From the NCBI RefSeq assembly GCF_902652985.1, contig NC_047017.1, positions 5,828,001-5,892,000 of the forward strand: a DNA stretch of 64,000 bases. Reading direction: 5' to 3'. Below the pieces are notes generated by a model, which did not search any database, was not told where the DNA came from, and saw nothing but the letters and a program-made list of their open reading frames with translations. Below, piece by piece: positions 37,679 to 50,027 of the stretch (its first letter is position 1; the number at the start of each line of letters is the position of its first letter). A program made the position numbers and the translations under genes. The DNA is from Pecten maximus (taxonomy: Eukaryota).

Positions 37679-38420
37679 CGAAACCATAATTCAAACTAAA
37701 CCGATTAAACGAGGGCAAAATACAAAGAAAAATATAAATTTGGATTGGGACAAAGTACAAGGAAATTAAGACCAAGAGTTCCAGAGGAGTAAGTGTCTTT
37801 TACTTTATAGAGGACACTCGCCATGTGAATCTAAGTTAATTCCATCTCAAAGAAGAATGTTAGGATGGCGACAACGGACCTACTAGACAGTTTAACAAGC
37901 ACCAAATACGTCATATCGCTAAAGGAAATATAATATTTCAAAATGAGATCATTATGATCGACCAAACGATTTGCCAGTGGACTACATCAACATTCATCTC
38001 TCGAAACATTGTGTTGTTAATTTCTCCGTCTGCCACGTCTAGACTCTATCTAGAAACAGAAAATAAACAATTGGGAAACTGAAATCCTCTCTCTCTTATC
38101 TCGTAGCTTAGTTGTAATCTGTCCCTGTTGGTAACATTGTAAGGGAAGATCAAGGTAAGCGGATGATATTGAAGAGTCTGTAGTGTCATTGATTTCAAAT
38201 GTACAGGGTATGTTGGGTTCATTTGGTTTAAAGTCCTGTTAACAGCCAGGGTCATTTAAGGACGTGCCAGGGTTCGGAGGTGGAGGAAAGCCGTGGGTTT
38301 CGAGCTCGCGACCCAGAGGTTGAGAGCTAGTAATGAAGTGTCGGGACACCTTAACCATTCGGCCATCGCGGCCCCTTACAGGGTATGTCCAATCGACATG
38401 TTCAACACATTTTTATTGTA
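37679..38420 (-). mobile_element. Decayed Penelope-like retroelement (RT C-terminal part plus 3' end), split by a SINE
   Basis: The - strand gives VEHVDWTYP / EINDTTDSSISSAYLDLPLQ...GQITTKLRDKRE / DFSFPIVYFLFL (YLDL at 38146-38157), matching the IYP.ELEIKDTT..SASYLDL..LYDKRDDF.FPIVNFPFL pattern of PLE RTs. The shared 3' motif lies at 37771-37822. Confidence 0.75.
38214..38376 (-). mobile_element. V-domain SINE with internal deletion
   Basis: 12-bp TSD TACAGGGTATGT (38202-38213, 38377-38388). Head and tail present; about 54 bp of the core missing at GAAAGCCG|TGGGTTTCGAG. Confidence 0.88.
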
Positions 38421-38907
38421 ACCAAGTTATTCATCACTGTTTCCTTGTCCACGTAGGACTATATAATATCAAGTACCTTACTTTGACAGCTTATTTGGTC
38501 AGCTTCTTAGTACTGGATACATCGGTCATACACATTGATGATAATTAAAATCGGAGATACACTTTACTTTGGACTCCATACTCTTTCTACAACTACACTT
38601 AAAAGACCCAAGTAAGATCTACAATACTCTGTAGGTCACAATTGTACGAATTCGCGTCTCCATCGCTGGGGTCACAAATGACGTCACTGTTACGATAAAT
38701 AGATTTTCAAATCTTCGCTCTACCGACTTCATTGATGATCCATTTTTCTGATATTTCGTACACTAACAGTACCAACAAAATGAGGTCACTGTTTCTATCA
38801 ATTTTTTTTCGTCTTGACACTTATCCCTTACAAACTCCTGTTATCATATTTAGTGTGTTTAGACGATTCTTACCACTTTTCTTGTGGCTGATATTGGATA
38901 ACAAGGG

Positions 38908-39136
38908 GGTTTGGTTTGTTTGTTTTTGTTTAACGTCCTATTAACAGCCAGGGTCATTTAAGGACGTGCCAGGTTTTGAAGGTGGAGGAAAGCCGGAGTA
39001 CCCGGAGAAAAACCACCGGCCTACGGTCAGTACCTGGCAACTGCCCCAAGTAGGTTTCGAACTCGCAACCCAGTGGTGGAGGGACTAGTGGTTGAAGTGT
39101 CGGGACATCTTAATCACTCGGCCACCGCGGCCCCCG
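38908..39136 (-). mobile_element. Full-length tRNA-derived V-domain SINE
   Basis: 9-bp TSD TAACAAGGG (38899-38907, 39137-39145). On the - strand: A box TGGCCGAGTG, B box GAGTTCGAAACC, V-domain GGTTTTTCTCCGGGTACTCCGGCTTTCCTCCAC, and a CAAA/CAAAC tail. Confidence 0.92.
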
Positions 39137-41899
39137 TAACAAGGGAGTTTCTCTCATTTGAGATGTCCCGTTATTAAAAGATTGTACATCACATCATTAC
39201 TTTAACTTTAGATTTTCCAATTCCTTGGAGTAATGATACAGATATCCTGTCGTAGTTGATTTTCCATGCTTTTACTCCTTATCTGCTGTGAAGAGATTAG
39301 AGCATGCGGCAATATCGAGACATTTATGTATATATATATTCTTGACATTTCATTATAACAGATAAGAAAACGAAATAGCCCTTTTGTTGTTGGGCGCTCA
39401 GGATGGAGGTGTTTTCTAAACGATTTCTACACAGAAGATAATATTTCTGTGAATGACGTGTCCATGTTTTGGTGACAGATTAATCTAAGCACAATGGAAT
39501 CCGAAATTGTTTCGCGCCACGTGCTGACAATCTTATTGTCACCAAAGTTATTATGATGAATGTATAGGACGCAGATACAAAAATTAAGTTTCATTTGGCA
39601 TCGTGTCAGCTTACGTATTTCAATGCAATTCAACACATGCAAAACGAAACAAGACGAAGGGTGTGTTTTAAACCATTTCCTCAATAGGGAAATGTTTCTG
39701 GTTTAAGAAAAACATTATTAGATATGTAGCCTTCAATTGTGCTCTCATCCTAATAATTACATTCTAACACTGCAAAGTCAAGTTGCAAAAGCAACGGATG
39801 CACTAATATTAGGCAAAGAACGAACATGTTGAAAAACACCCATAATTGCTTAGTGAGTTCCGGAGACACAAAAGACCATTAATATTCTAACGTTCTTGAT
39901 TTTCTCTTAATTCTAGCAGCAAATCAGAATCCTCCCCATGGATTTATATTTTCATACATGTCCGATTCAGAAGGTCTGATTGCCAAGTTGAATGAAAACC
40001 AAGAGAGTCATAAAGAAGTGCTACGAGAATTCCTGAAGGACTGAAACAATTTAAATTCAATGTCACGTCTTACCGGTTTTATTTCGCTAAATGATCTCTG
40101 GAAACAGTTTTTTCAGTGCGAAAACAAATTGAGTTCGTCACACTTTGCAGTGATTTCAATTATTTTACACTTAATGGGATTTGATGATGTTTATCAAATT
40201 TGGCCAGTCGCAAAGATGTATCCGATAAAAGCTCAAAGTTGTCCTTATACCATATCGTTTTTGCTGTGTTTTCAAGGACTACTGCAATACCTTGACTACC
40301 AGACTACAGATGTATATCGCCCATTGCTGGACGTGAAAGAGACAACAACCATTGATGATTTCTATACAGTTAAATATCCCTTTCACAAACAGTCCGGAAA
40401 ATGTTCAGATAAAAAACGTGGCTAGATAACTGTGGCAAGCAAACTAATACAGAAATCTAGATCAGATCGCTTCGGTTCAGCGAAAATATTACCTATCTTT
40501 TATATATTCAAGTGGAAACTGACGCCTACCTTCGCGATATTGGCTATAAGAGTATACCGTGGAAATCAATAGCTACAAAAATGAAACGAATAAATAATAT
40601 TTCTACTACTACTTCGTCGCATGAACTAATTTGGAGACAGGGGACAAAATCAAATGAACTCCGATTTAAGTCAAAACAGACAATATATCTTCTCTCTATA
40701 TTGCTGCGCTTGAATATGCACATTTGATTCTATTTTGGTTTTGACAAGCACTTTCATTCATCATAAGAGTCTTTACATGACGTGAAGCAGATCAGAAGGA
40801 AATGCTTTTGTGTGAAGTTCTGTGCGCTGTTATGTAGATATAGAAGGATCCCATAGATTTCGGGTCTTCAGTTACGGGAGAAGAAAGCCGGTGTGACAGA
40901 TGAACGATTTATAGAGAAAGCTACCCTGTACAGTGTCTTTTCTGGTGTATAATGTAGGATTCAAAGAATGGTGCATATGCTTTCTACAATTCAATATATT
41001 TTCAATACATTTCCTGAAGTTGTTTGACATAGGACTACCGAGGCGCCAGAATTATTATTCATCAGATTTTAAGAATGATATGTTCGATCCAGCGCTTTCT
41101 GGAAACGGAAGTGTTATGTTTGAAGTAGGATGAATATAATACTTCTGGAAGTAAAAAACTCTTTATGTCAATATAAATTGTAAAATAGACCTGAAATCAA
41201 AATACCGTGTTCATACTTGAATCTGTTTTATATAATTGTATATCAAATACATTTCAAAAGGAACTGCGATTCAAAATCGATCGAAAAGTATTCATTGAAA
41301 ACATCCCTTTTATGTATCAGTTGACTTTGCAATGAGCACGCCTATTGTGGAATTCGCAAGGTCATTTCGGCCGTGGGAAAATCTAACGAGGAACATCAGT
41401 TTCCATCAGAGAGAGCATTGATACCGATGATGATAATCTTTTCCTCGTTGACAAAGAAGTATGTAAGCAAATCCGGGTTAAATGTGTTTTGGCTACATTA
41501 TATGTTGTATATAATTGCCATCGTCAAACGGACATTCTATCATGATAGAAGAACATTCAATGTATATTTACTTCATTTGAAAAAGTGATGTCAATACATT
41601 AAGAAAGTTCGAACCTTACTAATCATGGAATGTCTGACAAAATCTCATTTTTGGTTCAAAACACGAAAATGGGTGGATCTAAAATCTTTCAATTAATGTT
41701 TTAACTTTAATTCCGTAAATAAAGTCATCAATTAAATCTTTAATTGAATTTCCGAGTCAAATCTGCCCTTTTATAATGTAGTGGTAATATTAAACTTATT
41801 CTGTAGTGGGATTTGAAAACCGCTTTGAAACTGAACGACTTGGTCTGTTGGTTTCCCAAACCGTTTCACCTTAGAGTTGGAGCCTAATGACAACAAGGG

Positions 41900-44370
41900 T
41901 TGGGGACATGACGCTTCCTGCGTGTCTCATTAAATAGGGCAACCAGGGTTGGGACATGACAGTTGTTCAGTGTCTCAGTACATAGGACCACCAGGGTCGT
42001 GGGCTGACGGTGTCTCAGAACATAGGACCACCAGGGTCGTGGGCTGACGGTGCCTCGGTACATAGGACCACCATGGGTTCGGGACCTCACGGTGTCTCAG
42101 TACATAGGACCACCATGGGTTCGGGACCTCACGGTGTCTCAGTACATAGGACCATGGGTTCGGGACCTCACGGTGTCTCAGTACATAGGACCATGGGTTC
42201 GGGACCTCACGGTGTCTCAGTACATAGGACCATGGGTTCGGGACCTCACGGTGTCTCAGTACATAGGACCATGGGTTCGGGACCTCACGGTGTCTCAGTA
42301 CATAGGACCACCAGGGTCGTTGGCTGACGGTGTCTCAGTACATACGAACACCAGGGTTGAGGAACGACGATGTCGGGGTACACATGACTACTAGGGTCGG
42401 GGACCTTACCGTGTTTCGGTATATAGGACTAGAGTGTACCAGCGTTTGGGACCTGACGGTTCCCCAGTGTCTCAGTACATAGGACCACCAGTTTAGGGAC
42501 CTGACGGTTCCTCAGTGTCCTGACATTTCCTCAGTGTCTCAGTCCATGGGACTACAAGGGTTAGAGCCTGACGGTTCCCCAGTGTATCAGTACATAGGAC
42601 CACCGGTGTAGGGAGCTGACGGTTCCCCAGTGTATCAGTACATAGGACCACCAGTGTAGGGACCTGACGGTTCCCCAGTGTATCAGTACATAGGACCACC
42701 AGTTAAGAGAGCTGACGGTTCCCCAGTGTATCAGTACATAGGACCACCAGTTTAGGGAGCTGACGGTTCCCCAGTGTATCAGTACATAGGACCACCAGTA
42801 TAGGGAGCTGACGGTTCCCCAGTGTATCAGTACATAGGACCACCAGTTAAGAGAGCTGACGGTTCCCCAGTGTATCAGTACATAGGACCACCAGTATAGG
42901 GAGCTGACGGTTCCCCAGTGTCTCAGTACATAGGACCACCAGTGTAGGGAGCTGACGGTTCCTCAGTGTATCAGTACATAGGACCACCAGTGTAGGGAGC
43001 TGACGGTTCCCCAGTGTATCAGTACATAGGACCACCAGTTTAGGGAGCTGACGGTTCCCCAGTGTATCAGTACATAGGACCACCAGTATAGGGAGCTGAC
43101 GGTTCCCCAGTGTCTCAGTACATAGGACCAACAGTATAGGGAGCTGACGGTTCCTCAGTGTATCAGTACATAGGACCACCAGTATAGGGAGCTGACGGTT
43201 CCCCAGTGTATCAGTACATAGGACCACCAGTTTAGGGAGCTGACGGTTCCCCAGTGTATCAGTACATAGGACCACCAGTATAGGGAGCTGACGGTTCCCC
43301 AGTGTCTCGGTACATAGGACCACCAGTGTAGGGAGCTGACGGTTCCCCAGTGTCTCAGTACATAGGACCACCAGTGTAGGGACCTGACGGTTCCCCAGTG
43401 TATCAGTACATAGGACCACCAGTATAGGGAGCTGACGGTTCCCCAGTGTCTCAGTACATAGGACCACCAGTATAGGGAGCTGACGGTTCCTCAGTGTATC
43501 AGTACATAGGACCACCAGTATAGGGAGCTGACGGTTCCCCAGTGTATCAGTACATAGGACCACCAGTTTAGGGAGCTGACGGTTCCCCAGTGTATCAGTA
43601 CATAGGACCACCAGTATAGGGAGCTGACGGTTCCCCAGTGTCTCAGTACATAGGACCACCAGTGTAGGGAGCTGACGGTTCCCCAGTGTCTCAGTACATA
43701 GGACCACCAGTGTAGGGACCTGACGGTTCCCCAGTGTATCAGTACATAGGACCACCAGTATAGGGAGCTGACGGTTCCCCAGTGTATCAGTACATAGGAC
43801 CACCAGTATAGGGAGCTGACGGTTCCCCAGTGTATCAGTACATAGGACCACCAGTTAAGAGAGCTGACGGTTCCCCAGTGTCTCGGTACATAAGACCACC
43901 AGTATAGGGAGCTGACGGTTCCCCAGTGTCTCGGTACATAGGACCAACAGTGTCGGGACCTGACGGTTCCCCAGTGTATCAGTACATAGGACCACCAGTG
44001 TAGGGACCTGACGGTTCCTCAGTGTATCAGTACATAGGACCACCAGTTAAGAGAGCTGACGGTTCCCCAGTGTCTCGGTACATAAGACCACCAGTATAGG
44101 GAGCTGACGGTTCCCCAGTGTCTCGGTACATAGGACCACCGGTGTAGGGAGCTGACGGTTCCTCAGTGTATCAGTACATAGGACCACCAGTGTAGGGACC
44201 TGACGGTTCCTCAGTGTCTTGACATTTCCTAAGTGTCTCAGTCCATGGGACTACAAGGTTTAGAGCATGACGGTGTCTCAGTGAATAAGACTATCTGGGT
44301 TTGAGGCCTGATAGTTCCTCATAGTGTTTCAGTAAAGTACATATCATCACCGCCAGGGTTGGAGCCCTGG
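41900..44370. repeat. Compound minisatellite: 39/36-bp units (41970-42350), then ~34 near-identical 48-bp units (42570-44215)
   Basis: Shared core GTGT(C/A)TCAGTACATAGGACCACCAG; 48-mer CAGTGTATCAGTACATAGGACCACCAGTATAGGGAGCTGACGGTTCCC. Confidence 0.97.
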
Positions 44371-45048
44371 GAATTGAGTACGTATTGTAACCACAAGGGC
44401 ACAAACAAAAACAGATAATCATGCTTGTAGGTCATTTCGTACCAGATGATGTAAAGCTGTAACGCCTTTGTATGTTTTATTGACGGTATCACGGTTAATC
44501 GTGTTAGTAGTGCTATGTTAGTGTCCTATCTAACGGAACCAACATTCCCTGGGAGACGTCTACGTTAAAGGTACAATATGGCCATCAACTATATCGGAAC
44601 ACATGGCATCAATATGTTATACCTTATACCATAGATGTTTGCATTGATCGCCTCCCTCTCTGGTCCGAGTTTGATGAACTTTTCTTAAAGATATTACAGC
44701 GCAAACAGCCTTTTGCCCTATACACTGCTTGTTAAAAATGCATAAACTTGCACCCATGGCATAAAAATGTCTCATCAACAGCACAAAATGAAAAAAAAAA
44801 AAAAAAACTATAACGGTGATCTTATAATGATCGCTTATAAGACCTTAAGTTATAACTCCACCAGAATGACCTGTCGTGTTGACACTCGACTGGAGACGAG
44901 TCGATATTCATGTAGGGGAAATATGGGCATTGCAAGACGGGACACGACAGTCAATGATTCAGAACAGGACGGGACGGGACGGGGAAGTCATTGATTCGGA
45001 ACAGAACGGGACGGGATGGGACAGGACGGGACGGGAAGGGATGGGAAA

Positions 45049-45917
45049 TTCTCCCACCTTTCACTGATTTGTCTCCTGTTTTGAGTGTACAAGATTTCTC
45101 TGTCTTTTTTAGCGCGTGCAATCTGTCATACCCTAGGGTGTGACAGATTGCACGCGCTCACTTTCTTCACCGGAAGTACTACCGGAACTACTTTTTTTGT
45201 TTACATTACGTCGTCTGCTACGTCATCGAACAAATTGTGTACACAATAATACAAAAATCCTCAGTCTCTAAACAACTACAGACAACTGAACAGTTTCCAA
45301 AAACAAAAAATGTCTGCCATTCTTTCAAATACAAATTAATCCCCCAACTGTAGGCCTACAACTGAAACTGAGAGCACAAGTGCACCTACCTGCACCGATC
45401 GCGACAAAATTGTTCAACTGTCACAAGTAAAAAGATCGCACAACAGCATTTCCTTGTGCCCAACTCCGTCCGATGTCACAAGATCGGTGTTTTATGGATC
45501 CACAATCAGTGGGGGAACATTTAACATCCATTTCCACAGCCATAATGACAACACAAAGTCGATTTCAAAGCGACCTCGTGTGATTTACTCCGAGTCGGAC
45601 AGTGATCATGATGAGTGAGTGACGTCACCCCACGTGAAATGGATGAATGGAAATATGTGCATATTTCCCGCGTTTTTTTTGACATGTGTACTTGTTTACA
45701 AACAGACGGAGATCGCCGATGGGAAAACACATAAAGAAAAGAGGTGAGAGAAAAATAATCATTCCCTACCTTGAGGGTGTAACAAAGAAATCTCAACCTT
45801 CGGGGGAGATTCTTGAATGTCCAAACCCTCGGCAAGCCTCGGGTTGGACATTCAAGAATCTCCCCCTCAGGTTGAGATTTCTCTGTCACACCCTCAAGGT
45901 AGGGAAATATTCTATTA
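45049..45917 (+). mobile_element. Non-autonomous Crypton-like (tyrosine recombinase) DNA transposon derivative
   Basis: Splits a host repeat unit without a TSD. Contains a 48-bp palindrome (45111-45158) and a 145-bp hairpin (45762-45906) sharing TCTGTCAYACCCT, and an internal frame resembling a tyrosine-recombinase C-terminus. Confidence 0.75.
45250..45618 (+). pseudogene. C-terminal remnant of a Crypton-type tyrosine recombinase (DUF3504-like)
   Basis: Single frame YKNPQSLNNYRQLNSFQKQKMSAILSNTN*SP...VFYGSTISGGTFNIHF...KRPRVIYSESDSDHDE* with one internal TAA at 45337. It matches the [H]KN..SL..Y catalytic box with canonical H-to-Y spacing of 9, although the H position reads TAC. Confidence 0.7.
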
Positions 45918-46581
45918 GTCATTGATACGTAACGGGAAGAGACGGGACGCGGAAGTCATAGATTCGGAACAGGTTGGGACGGGACGGGACAGGACGGAAC
46001 GGGAAGGGACGCGAAAGTCATTGATACGTAACGGGAAGGGACGGGACGCGGAAGTCATAGATTCGGAACAGGACGGGACGGGAAAGGACGGGACGGGACG
46101 GGACGGGACGGGACGGGACAGCGTTCCGTGTATAAAGTTAATCAAGCAATTAACCAAAAAGTATATGATGCTATTTTGGCGTTGTGCCATTCCTGATACG
46201 ATGAGCTGTCTAATGGAAATCATCCTGGTGATATGACCTAAGTTTCTATTGTTACACACGGCATGAGTCAGTGACCCAACCTTCTTAATATTGGCCTAAA
46301 AACGTAACAAAAGGCTGGTTCTGTTTGTTGACAACGCTTTTAAAACTTATTCGTCTTGGTCAATAACGTTGAATCATTGGTGACAGCTACCGACCTTGAA
46401 ATTAGAATACATTTCATCACATTCTTGAAAATGCAATAACCAATTACTCAAGGAATGTGTTGTGAAAATGGAGCTCTGTGATTGTTGTTAAAATCATGCA
46501 GGTCTTTTACCGACTGTGTATTCAGTTGAGAAAGGCTATTGTAAACGGGACGTATATCATTGCGACTGCTTCTGTTAAAAA

Positions 46582-46587
<6 letters not shown>

Positions 46588-46617
<30 letters not shown>
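46588..46617. repeat. Poly(G) tract, 30 nt
   Basis: Thirty consecutive G residues. Confidence 0.9.
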
Positions 46618-46618
<1 letters not shown>

Positions 46619-48358
46619 TCAGCCATAGATGATGCTAATGGATTCACGACTACAGTAACATATAGTGTGCTTTTATTGAATAGCCTGTATCTATGTTCTT
46701 TAAAAAGCACACCCATAAATGATCTTAAATTGCATCATCATTAAATTCAATTTGTCCCGATTAAAACCTTAATAGATATTAAATATTGTGTACGTCACAG
46801 CACGAGCAAACCTTGCAGTGATGAGTTGTGCCACAGTATCGCTGTGATAGCTACCATCAAAGATCCCTTACCAGTTTATCAGATGAAACTGCCTGTCTGC
46901 TCTCTCTGATTAAATCCACTCTAAACCGTGTCTCGTTGAGAGTAGCGTTCGTTCCAGCCTGTCTCGAATCAAACGTTAGCTTACTATTCACAAACCTTAG
47001 TCTTGATCCTCGTTATGTGTGGATGTTGTCATATCCCAATGCATAGGAAAATAATGTCAGATATATATTTTCAATCTTATATAAAGAAATAAACATCTTT
47101 TTTTGTGTAGTTTGGAATCACTGACACGTTTCCTCAGAAATACTTTTTGCGACAGCGAAAATAAAAGACACACGAAAAATAGATAATTCACAGTTGATCA
47201 GTCGGAATGTTTTTGCTCCCTTCATATCGATATGTGAAAAAAGGAAAATACATTGTTGTAGCTAATTGAAATTGAACATTAGATACGGCATACCACGTAG
47301 CGGAACAAAATTAATGAATTATTTTCGGAGAAGTTTAAAAAAAAATAAGAAAAACGAGGACGTGACAGCGGGGGGATTTTCTGTGTCAGAATAAGGAAAA
47401 TGGCTTGTAACATATAACTCGTTGACCGAATATGGTAAACTAATCCATCAGCCGTATCCTAAAGCACTGACCGCTCTCCACACGCGCGTTCTTTCCATTG
47501 TTTTGGGAAATAGATTGAGGTTTTGTACGCGTCACCTAACCATGCATATAAATAATGTCATTACCTGTTCTGTATATCACAGCATTTTGGAATACCGTCA
47601 CGCGCAAACTCGTTTACAGTTCACGATGAGAAATGACTCGTGCATATCAAATACGACAAAGAAATCTCCCAATTTTTTTTTCAGGCGGACCGAAAAATCA
47701 AAAACAGTATGGCTACAATCCATCGCGCCGTGTGCCTTGGTATTGACTGTTGACCCTGGACGGATTTCTGACCATTACTCACAATAAATCGGTCTAGGCA
47801 GATCCCATTTCTCTTGTACGTTGCATGATGCTGATGGGATTGTCTTTCCTAATCATCGTTCATACATTTCAAAATGCCATATGATAGGCTGTTGTTTCCA
47901 GTCGCCTTTGGGTATCATTTTCTGACATTGGTAGAGGTTTCACGGATAGTTGTGTGACCGATAATCAACCATTTATAAATATTATAGCTATCTTCCGTTA
48001 TTTCTTTGTCATGTAAAATGGTCATGCTACAACATGCCACAGTCTTGGTGATATTGAAACCTACCATCGTACGTTAAGAGCCATCTACACTAAGGTGACC
48101 TTTTGCTGAACAGGATAGCATACTTGATTCATAATGCACTGTTCATATTGGGGGATACAAACCCTTCATGTGCGTGTATAATGCAATCAAATTATATTAT
48201 AAGCTCAAAGATATTATGACCCAAGTGACTGAGGGTGTTACCTGAGATGATGGTAATGATTTAAAGTCGACACGATGACCTCAATGGAAACAACCTAGCC
48301 TACATCCATGTAGGTTCCATTGCAACCACTTGAATTCCATTATGGGAATACAATATTG

Positions 48359-48440
48359 CCAGGATTAACCTAGATTATCATGGCTGATATCGTTGTTGGA
48401 CCAGAGGACGCTCACCCTTCCGGACCATACGGCCTTGTTC
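48359..48440 (+). mobile_element. 3'-end remnant of the Penelope-like family
   Basis: CCAGGATTAACCTAGATT...CAGAGGACGCTCACCCTTCCGGACC. Confidence 0.45.
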
Positions 48441-49809
48441 TAACTCTGGTTGATTTTGTATTTCCTCAACATTTTAATTATTCAGGTTTTGAATAACGTT
48501 TTCGCTTTAAGCGTTAATACTCTCTTGTTTATGTTTACTAAGCCGCGATCTGTTAATCTAGAATCGGTCATATGTTAGTTGTGTTACATTATTATTGTAT
48601 GATTATGTAATTGAGGAAAATCATAATCACCATTCAAGAGTACTTCCGGTCTGTGCTATGAGCGATTCCATGTTTTTTTTTATTAACTTTGGCTGATTCA
48701 ACTACGTCATTTTATTCCGTTGAAATTCAACCTTATTTTAAGTCGTGTCGTCTTGTAATAAGAAAAGCAGGGACACAGTGAAGGATTTTGAGTATCTAAT
48801 GACACAACTTAAAACTATCGTTTAATAAATGTCGGTACCAAAAGTAAGATGTCTTACTAAATAGAAGTTTATTGACAAAATCAGAATCAATGGTGGTACA
48901 CTGCAATGGCTTGTTAAACAACCAAGATTATTGCTAGCATTTCAAATTTGGAGGGTTATTTTCAAACAATGGATACAAAATAAACATGAATAAACCTTCA
49001 GTCTGTTGTTATGCGACAAAAATCATTCCACCACCTTGATTGAATTTTCATTGTGCAGAAGAATTAAAAGGATTTTAAAACACTTAGAATAAAAAAAATA
49101 TCTTTCGTGTTTGGTTTCCTTTTGTTTGTTAATACGTTTGTGTTAAGAATTAGTTAGTTTCACGAACATTTTGTGACGATAAAATAGGGGAAGATGACAG
49201 AATGAGTTAGTTAATAGAATGCATTCGTATATGCTGACAAATGATAAATAACCTATCATGGTTTTAGCATTTTATTGCTTTACCTGTCAGGATTCTATTA
49301 CCAAGTTGGTCGTTAAATGAAGTATATGATGTAAGTTAAAGGTTTCGAACGAATTCACAAATTGTGTAAAACAATCGAGAAGATTTAATCGCCAGGAGCA
49401 TGCATGTGCATGATTTTACAACAGTCAAATCTGAGTGCAAGTTCACATTCGGAAAGTTCGGCAAGTAGGTTCCTACCAACGTCTTTATATAGATAAAGCT
49501 AGCATAGGATCAACTACTTTTATGTAACAGAATAAATGTGTAAAGAATTCAATGGGGAATCGTTAAATGACTGTATACTTAAGATTTGTTCGTAGTTTCT
49601 TATACGTCTTTCTGAAGGTTTTATCTTGGCCTCCCCCTTGGAATAATGTCTTCTTTATGTTTCGTGTATTGGCGCCGGGAAATGTGGAATTCAGAATCGG
49701 TATTGTTCAACACAAAGTTTGTGTTTGACGAGAGTAAGGTAAAAACCAAGATGGCGACCCCAAGTGGATACTTACGTTTTATTGAAATGGTACCCATAAC
49801 ATAACCGTA

Positions 49810-50027
49810 CTGTAAACGTAGGAATTTACGCGAGGGGGACATTTACGCTTATTACACGGGGTCCTTTTGATCGCGAAAATTTCCCCCACGAGTATTATTT
49901 TGATATCAATTTGCATAATCTCGAACTACAAACGAATGTGGATCGATCGCAAAAATTACCCCAGCGCGTTTAGTTTACATATAGAAATCGCGAAATTAAC
50001 CCCCAGCGAAAATAACCACGTTTACAG
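49810..50027. mobile_element. Tc1/mariner-type MITE (TA TSD, CTGTAAA termini)
   Basis: TA|CTGTAAACGT...ACGTTTACAG|TA, with internal CGCGAAA repeats. Confidence 0.8.

Larger units (their letters stand above)
44935..46100. repeat. GGGAC-rich compound tandem repeat, split by the 45049-45917 insertion
   Basis: (GGGAC)n runs alternating with AAGTCAT(T/A)GATTCGGAACAG and AAGTCATTGATACGTAAC on both sides of the insertion. Confidence 0.85.

Noticed and set aside
42847-43851. 334-aa ORF and neighbouring ORFs (42010-44043)
   Set aside because: By-products of 36/39/48-bp tandem units. Some unit variants contain stops, and there is no unique coding flank.
41970-44215. CRISPR-like regular repeats
   Set aside because: No unique spacers, no cas genes, and a eukaryotic context.
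45521-45925. Mirror-image ORFs on both strands
   Set aside because: Artefact of the 145-bp hairpin; the meaningful frame is 45250-45618.
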